This document shows positions 13,029 to 16,889 of a stretch of 16,889 nt of DNA, one piece after another. The DNA comes from Candidatus Eiseniibacteriota bacterium (GTDB taxonomy: Bacteria; Eisenbacteria; RBG-16-71-46). A model generated the notes under the pieces. The model made no database searches and was not told the origin of the DNA. It saw nothing but the letters and a program-made list of their open reading frames with translations. The stretch spans positions 1 through 16,889 of the forward strand of contig JANLWX010000020.1 of assembly GCA_031364845.1 (NCBI GenBank), written 5' to 3'. Both the position numbers and the translations under genes were made by a program. Each line of letters opens with the position of its first letter. Within the stretch, counting starts at the first letter, position 1.

Positions 13029-13904
13029 ATGTCTCCGACGTTTCGCCGATTGTTCGCCTTGTGCGCCATCGCGCTGATCGCGATCTCCGCGCCGGGCTGC
13101 GGCAAGAAGAATCCGAAAGATCCCGTTCCGAGTCTCGCGCAGGAAGACGCCGACGACATGGTGCAACAGGTCGCGATGATGCTCGCGTCCGACCGTGGCG
13201 GCTGGCTGTTCGACATGCACAGCACGCGCGAGTCGATGCCGCTGGGCGGGCCCGTGATCGGCGCGCCGTCGCTCAGCGACCGCGTGCTGCTGATGTCCTC
13301 GACTCCGGGCGGCGGATTCCGCACCAACCGCGATACGGTCGTGGTTCGCGGATCGATGAACTTCGCGTTCACCTACAGCTATAGAGACACCGCGAGCCGT
13401 GACACGCTGCTGTGGACGCCGGATGTGATCGAGGTCGAAGGGGTCAGCATCGCGAACGGCACCATCAACGCGCCCGGGTTCGACGCGAACTTCCATCACC
13501 AGGGCGATCCGTTCACGGTCACCGGCTTCGAAGCGGGTTCGGACACGCTCAACTTCACCGGCGTCGGCGACGACTCGATGTATGTGACGTTCACGCCGGC
13601 ATTCCGCACCGGATCGCGCCGGTTCGCGACGGTCTCTTTCGTCGACTTCGATCTCGATATGGTGCGTGACCCGGCGGGAAATCCTTACCCGACCAAGGGT
13701 CTCGCGAACATGTTCCTGTTCGCCGACATCCTGACGAGCGCGAATCCCAACGATGTTTTTGCGACGCTCGAATCGACGGTGACGTACTACTTCGACGGCA
13801 CGGCGACTCCGATCGTCGGCATCACCAACGATCTCGACAACGAGACGCCGAAGTTCCGCTACCGTGCGGATCTTCGCAGCGGAGCGATCACGCGATTGCC
13901 TTAG
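13029..13904 (+). CDS. Hypothetical lipoprotein, beta-rich, 291 aa
   Basis: SD GAGGA; leader MSPTFRRLFALCAIALIAISAPGC (Cys24); strong GC3 codon bias; Thr/Asp/Phe/Gly-rich alternating strands; no family recognised. Confidence 0.8.
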   Translation: MSPTFRRLFALCAIALIAISAPGCGKKNPKDPVPSLAQEDADDMVQQVAMMLASDRGGWLFDMHSTRESMPLGGPVIGAPSLSDRVLLMSSTPGGGFRTNRDTVVVRGSMNFAFTYSYRDTASRDTLLWTPDVIEVEGVSIANGTINAPGFDANFHHQGDPFTVTGFEAGSDTLNFTGVGDDSMYVTFTPAFRTGSRRFATVSFVDFDLDMVRDPAGNPYPTKGLANMFLFADILTSANPNDVFATLESTVTYYFDGTATPIVGITNDLDNETPKFRYRADLRSGAITRLP

Positions 13905-13955
13905 GGCGTAACTCCGCGCAATGGCGCGGGCTCATAGGTCTGAAGTTTCCACCTG

Positions 13956-13981
13956 CCGCCCGGGCCGCAACGCCCGGGCGG
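13956..13981 (+). terminator. GC-rich hairpin, possible terminator
   Basis: CCGCCCGGGC-CGCAAC-GCCCGGGCGG followed by TCGCTGTTTGT (interrupted U tract). Confidence 0.45.
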
Positions 13982-14038
13982 TCGCTGTTTGTCATCGCGC
14001 GGGGCTCGGGGCATGATCTGCGGTTCACGGAGGGAATC

Positions 14039-15042
14039 ATGGATCTCACGTCACTCCTGCCGCTGATGCTGATCGTCACTCCCGTTGCACCCGGCCGCGC
14101 GCCCGCGGCGGCTCCGCTCGCCCACACGTATTCGATCGTCGCGCGCGATCCCGCGACCGGCGAGATGGGCGTGGCGGTCCAGTCGCACTACTTCTCGGTC
14201 GGGCCGATCGTGCCGTGGGCCGAAGCGGGCGTGGGTGCCATCGCGACGCAATCGCTGGTGCTGGTCGACTACGGGCCCAAGGGGCTCGAATTGATGCGCG
14301 AAGGGCTCACAGCGCCGCAGGCACTCGAAGCGCTCAAGCGCATCGATCCGAATCCCGACGTGCGGCAGGTCGCGATGATCGACACCGCGGGCAACATCTC
14401 GGCGCACACGGGGCCGATGTGCATTCCCGATGCGGGACAGGTGGTGGGCGATCAGTTCTCGGTGCAGGCGAATCTGATGGCGAACGATCGCGTGTGGCCG
14501 GCGATGGCGGAGGCGTACAAGAAGGCGACCGGTGATCTGGCCGAGCGCATGATGCAGGCGCTCGAAGCCGGCGAAAAGGCGGGCGGCGACATCCGCGGGA
14601 AGCAGTCGGCGGCGATGGTCGTGGTGCGCGCGAAGGCTTCCGGAAAGCCGTGGCTCGATCGCGTGATCGATCTGCGCGTCGAGGACGCGGCCGATCCGTT
14701 GAAGGAGCTGAGGCGGCTGGTGCGGCTGCGGCGCGCGTACAACTTCGAGGATGCGGGCGACAATTTCATCGCGGAGAAGAAGTCGAAGGAAGCGCTCGAG
14801 GCCTATGCCGCCGCGGCGAAGCTCGCGCCCGAGGTCGTGGAACTCCAGTTCTGGGCCGCGGTCTCGATGTTCACGAACGGCGAGGAGGCGCAGGCGCTCG
14901 CGACGTTCCGCCGCGTGTTCGCCAAGGAAGGCCGCCGCTGGGTGGATCTAATCCCGCGCCTCGCGCGCGTCGGACTGTTCCCCGACGATCCGGCAAAGAT
15001 CGAGCAGGTCCAGCGGCAATGGCCCGGACACAAGGGGAGCAA

Positions 15043-15046
<4 letters not shown>
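14039..15046 (+). CDS. DUF1028 family (Ntn-hydrolase-like) protein with N-terminal leader and C-terminal TPR-like helices, 335 aa
   Basis: TYSIVARDPATGEMGVAVQS...VPWAEAGVGAIATQS, RQVAMID, FSVQANLM, ALEAGEKAGGDIRGKQSAA, IDLRVED; SD GGAGG. Confidence 0.9.

Positions 15047-16889
<1,843 letters not shown>

Overview
High-GC bacterial chromosomal window with about 14 protein genes. The C-terminal sorting-domain style of the FG-GAP protein suggests an FCB-group lineage such as Ca. Eisenbacteria (inference). Left end, minus strand: apbE flavin transferase, then a candidate sigma54 promoter and a coupled envelope operon made of a small lipoprotein with an atypical CX5CH cytochrome-c-like motif, an outer-membrane beta-barrel, and a hydrazine-synthase-alpha (HzsA)-related beta-propeller lipoprotein truncated by the window edge. 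This is the best candidate for an undescribed extracytosolic redox system. Next come a basic DUF6496-type protein, a sigma54-driven small beta-barrel gene with a long repeat-rich leader, and a 915-aa 14-repeat FG-GAP protein with a T9SS-type tail. An apparently intergenic stretch (8132-8463) holds fused, decayed fragments of a YhcG/DUF1016 gene and a type I restriction hsdR, with two in-register 19-bp palindromes. The right half has pirin, a GNAT and glcD (divergent, both apparently leaderless), glcE without glcF, an orphan lipoprotein, and a DUF1028 Ntn-hydrolase-like protein coupled to an MsbA-type ABC exporter (truncated). No rRNA, tRNA, CRISPR array or intact mobile element was seen. All family calls are motif recognition by eye, not database searches.
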